The translations under genes were made by a program, and so were the position numbers. From Amoebophrya sp. A120 (lineage: Eukaryota; Protista; Dinoflagellata), in the NCBI GenBank assembly GCA_905178155.1, contig CAJINV010000010.1:2810587-2874586 (forward strand): a stretch of DNA of 64,000 bases, in the 5' to 3' direction. This document shows, in pieces, positions 61,221 to 64,000 of this stretch (the stretch's first letter is position 1; the number at the start of each line of letters is the position of its first letter). The notes under the pieces were generated by a model. That model searched no databases and was not told the origin of the DNA. It worked only from the letters and a program-made list of their open reading frames with translations.

Positions 61221-62139
61221 TACATGCATCAGAGCCTGCTATCAAAGAAAACGGCCCAAAAGCGCCTGGGTTTGTGCGACGTTTTAGAACAACCAGTCGT
61301 CTTCCATGTGCAGACTCGCAATCTTGCTTTTCGTGCAGTAGAGGTGCGGCCCTCGTCAATCTACTTTTTCTTTTGCTCGGATAGGTCGCAACAAAAACAA
61401 GTCGAGTCGTCTGAAATGTTGTCGCGTTTGTCTGTTCGCCAATGAAGCTGACAGCAAGAGGGCTTCACTTTGGTTTCAAAAGAGTAGTGATGAGCGAGTT
61501 CCGAGCATTACAAGACTAGAGGGAAGGTTCGGAACTAGAGAGCTGCGTAGTCGTGAAAAATTCAAATAAAGCTAAAAGCAATACATTCATTTTCGTACCG
61601 CAAGTACAACGGGCACACAAAACAAAAATCAAGATGGAAAAGTGAAATTCGACAAGCTTGAAGAAAATTCTTTAATTATTCATGCCGTGAGAGCGAGTGC
61701 AAGACGAGTACATTGAAACACTAGTCCATACACTAGAAAACAAATCTTTATTCTTGGAAACAGAGAAAAAGAAAATGCTTGTCGCGTTTTGTCGTAGGAG
61801 TGCGCCGCTTTTTAGTCGTAGTCGTGATGCTATCCATGGGCGTGGAACTGTAGCCACTGATTTAGTTCTCCAACGAAATAGAAGTAATTACAGGGGGAAA
61901 GCAAAGAGGTGCATTTTATCTGCGTGACGAAGATCATCAACAGTCACTCCCACTCGGCCTCCGGGGGGAGACACAAGCGATTGCGACGGTAGCTGTCGTT
62001 CACTAGGTTAAAACCAAGCCACAAGAACTTCTCCAGTGTGAAGTGCGCAGTTCTAATTTTACATTCGATTTTCGACTGCGACTTTCGCTACATTCGGAGT
62101 TCTTGGTTTCAACGTCTAGTTGTACAACTCTAGCCCTTC

Positions 62140-64000
62140 TCACAACCCGTCCTCCGAGAACCGCATCTCCCGTGGTTGTTTATTTCTCTGGTTGCTTCGG
62201 TTGGAAGACGGGACTGGTTCTCCTCCCTTTGGTATCCTGTGGAAAAGTATCGTATTCGTAGTAATTGCATAAATGCATTCCAAGTTTCTTCCTCAAGGTG
62301 AATCAGCATTACAAATTCAATTTGTAATGCTGGGCTAATTTGTAATGCAATTTATACTAGTACGATGCTTTTGCATTGCATATTTGGCGTCAGCCCGCTC
62401 GGCGTGTTCATCATCGTCGACGGCATCAACCCGCCTGGCTGATTCGCACCAGCACCACCGTAGATACCACCCGTAGAAGTCCCCCGCTTGTTTTTGTTCT
62501 GCCAGATGCAGACGCCAACCAGCAAGAAAACCGCGAAGGAAACCAGGGCGACGAAAAAGTTCCAGAGCGACCTGGTGCTGATGAGCGGGACAGACGGCCA
62601 GTGGTTGGAGGAAGAGGTTGTAGATCTTCTCTTGTCGCTACTTGTACTACCGGTAGAAGCGATGTCAATATCGTCCTCCAGTGGCGCGCCGATTTGGTCG
62701 TGGAACGGCGACGGCTTTTGCTCCTCTTGGGGTCGTTCTTGATCAGCTGGTGAAGCCCCGACCTCGTCTGGTTGGAGGGACGTGGCGGCCGTCTTCGTCT
62801 TCCCGTGTCTTTTCTTTGAGACATTCTTCACGGTCTTCGTCGCACTGCTCTTCGTGTTGGTCACCACCGGAGCATCCGTCGTCGGCAGAGAGTCCTGCGC
62901 CAATTCCTTCTCGTGCGGCTTCGGCGTCCAGTCCTTCGGGGCGAATTCCAAACCCCCCTCCGTGGCGAAGTACCAACCCCACGTGATTTCGTCCGGGAGG
63001 CCGAGGTGTCGGGCTTTCGGATGGTCCGCGAAGTTGAAGGGCTTGTCGTTTCCAACAACGGATGGCCCGTTGATCGCCAACACGTTCATGTCCGTGACCA
63101 TCTGACTGGAAACCACCTTGGAATCGCAGCACCCCACGAGATGCTTCATGCCGAACTCGTTCAAGTCCGGGCGGGAGCAGATGGCCTGGCCGTACCCGAT
63201 GTGTTGTTATGAATCGCAAAAGCATCGCGCTAGTAGAAATTGCATATACAAATTTTCTCAGCATGAAAAATTGAATTTGTCATGCTGTTTTACCTTGGAA
63301 AGCAAATTTGTCACGCATGACTGCAATTAGTACGAGTGCGATATTTTTGCAGTGCATAGTTGTTCCTCCCCGTTGATGATTTCCGTTTCCTTTGCCCGGC
63401 GCATCAGCTGCTTCATGTCCTATCATATGTAAAAACGTCCCCACCCGATACTAGTCAAGATGGGAATCTAGCAACACAGATCTCTAAGTTTTGGGCGCTG
63501 CGCATGACAAGTTTCCCGCTGCAGTGTAGTGCTGGTTGGCAAGGGAAGCCGCATGAGAAAGCCGCTTTCTCATCGTGTTTACAGCATTACAAAATCCCAA
63601 ATACGATTGGAAACGCCTGTCATGGGGATGCGCATCGCAAATGTTCCGGTCGTGGCAAATCTGCATGACAACTCTGGGGCGGGGACGTTTTTACTCAGGA
63701 TATGTCCTCGACAGAATTCACGTTCTTCTGCTGCTCCGCGAACACCCGGTAGCGGGGGTAGCGGATGTAGGTCTGCGGGTCGGGGGTTTGGCCGACGGCT
63801 TTTTGGGAAGAATCGAAGAAGGGTTCGTTGAAGCTGGCCCAGAAGGTTTGGTCTTGGAGGGTCGAGGTCATGTCGCGCCACTCCGAGGAGACGGGCGAGG
63901 TTTCCAGCACCATGAAGGTGAACGGAGCGAGGTGGGCTGAGAGGATTGATTTAGAGGATTTGGGTCGTTTGCTTGACAATAAGCATCAGAAATAAAAACT
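62140..64000 (-). CDS. Phospholipase B-like (PLBD family) protein with C-terminal TM helix; 5' part lies outside the window
   Basis: FWASFNEPFF, YPRYRVF...VNSVED|MKQLMR, AICSRPDL, GCCDSKV, AINGP, HLGLPD, and TM segment LWNFFVALVSFAVFLLVGVCIW. Confidence 0.85.
62233..62382. mobile_element. Introner family A
   Basis: TSD tttgg. Confidence 0.92.
63208..63358. mobile_element. Introner family A
   Basis: TSD gttgt. Confidence 0.9.
63421..63702. mobile_element. Introner family F (opposite orientation to 13504)
   Basis: Family F TIR; TSD tgtcc. Confidence 0.9.

Noticed and set aside
17885-61229. Many R/A/G/P-rich ORFs in the GC-rich blocks (e.g. 42083-43210, 24906-25748)
   Set aside because: They overlap in all six frames, as expected from stop-codon scarcity at high GC, and show no recognisable domains.
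232-63702. Recurrent peptides such as [21 protein letters not shown] and KFTVKQFFLAI as a protein repeat family
   Set aside because: They are translations of introner TIRs, not coding sequence.
1-64000. Autonomous transposase or reverse transcriptase, tRNA, rRNA or spliced-leader genes
   Set aside because: No DDE, RT or structured-RNA signatures recognised by eye; a profile search is needed to exclude degenerate copies.

Overview
Eukaryotic, intron-rich genomic DNA, most likely from the parasitic dinoflagellate Amoebophrya (Syndiniales). This assignment is inferred from gene architecture, not from a database match. Eleven protein-coding genes all lie on the minus strand: a coiled-coil protein, three unknown proteins, a tenascin-like EGF-repeat protein, a tepsin/MTV1-like protein, EXO1, an MRS2/CorA Mg2+ transporter, a Kv-beta-like aldo-keto reductase, an exostosin/GT47 glycosyltransferase and a 5'-truncated phospholipase B-like gene. 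Seven of the ten spacers contain a 1.3-2.5 kb GC-rich block. The dominant feature is 42 MITE-like introner elements (109-282 bp, 9 families delimited by eye) inside coding exons. They share 5'-TAT...ATA-3' inverted termini, 5-bp target-site duplications (TSDs) and a repeated GCATNACAAA motif. Removing an element plus one TSD copy restores the reading frame in the junctions I translated, yet almost none can form GT-AG ends. Many ordinary GT-AG introns start GTAT and carry remnants of the motif, which suggests introners decay into canonical introns. Gene models were assembled by hand from ORF continuity, so exon borders and some start codons are approximate.
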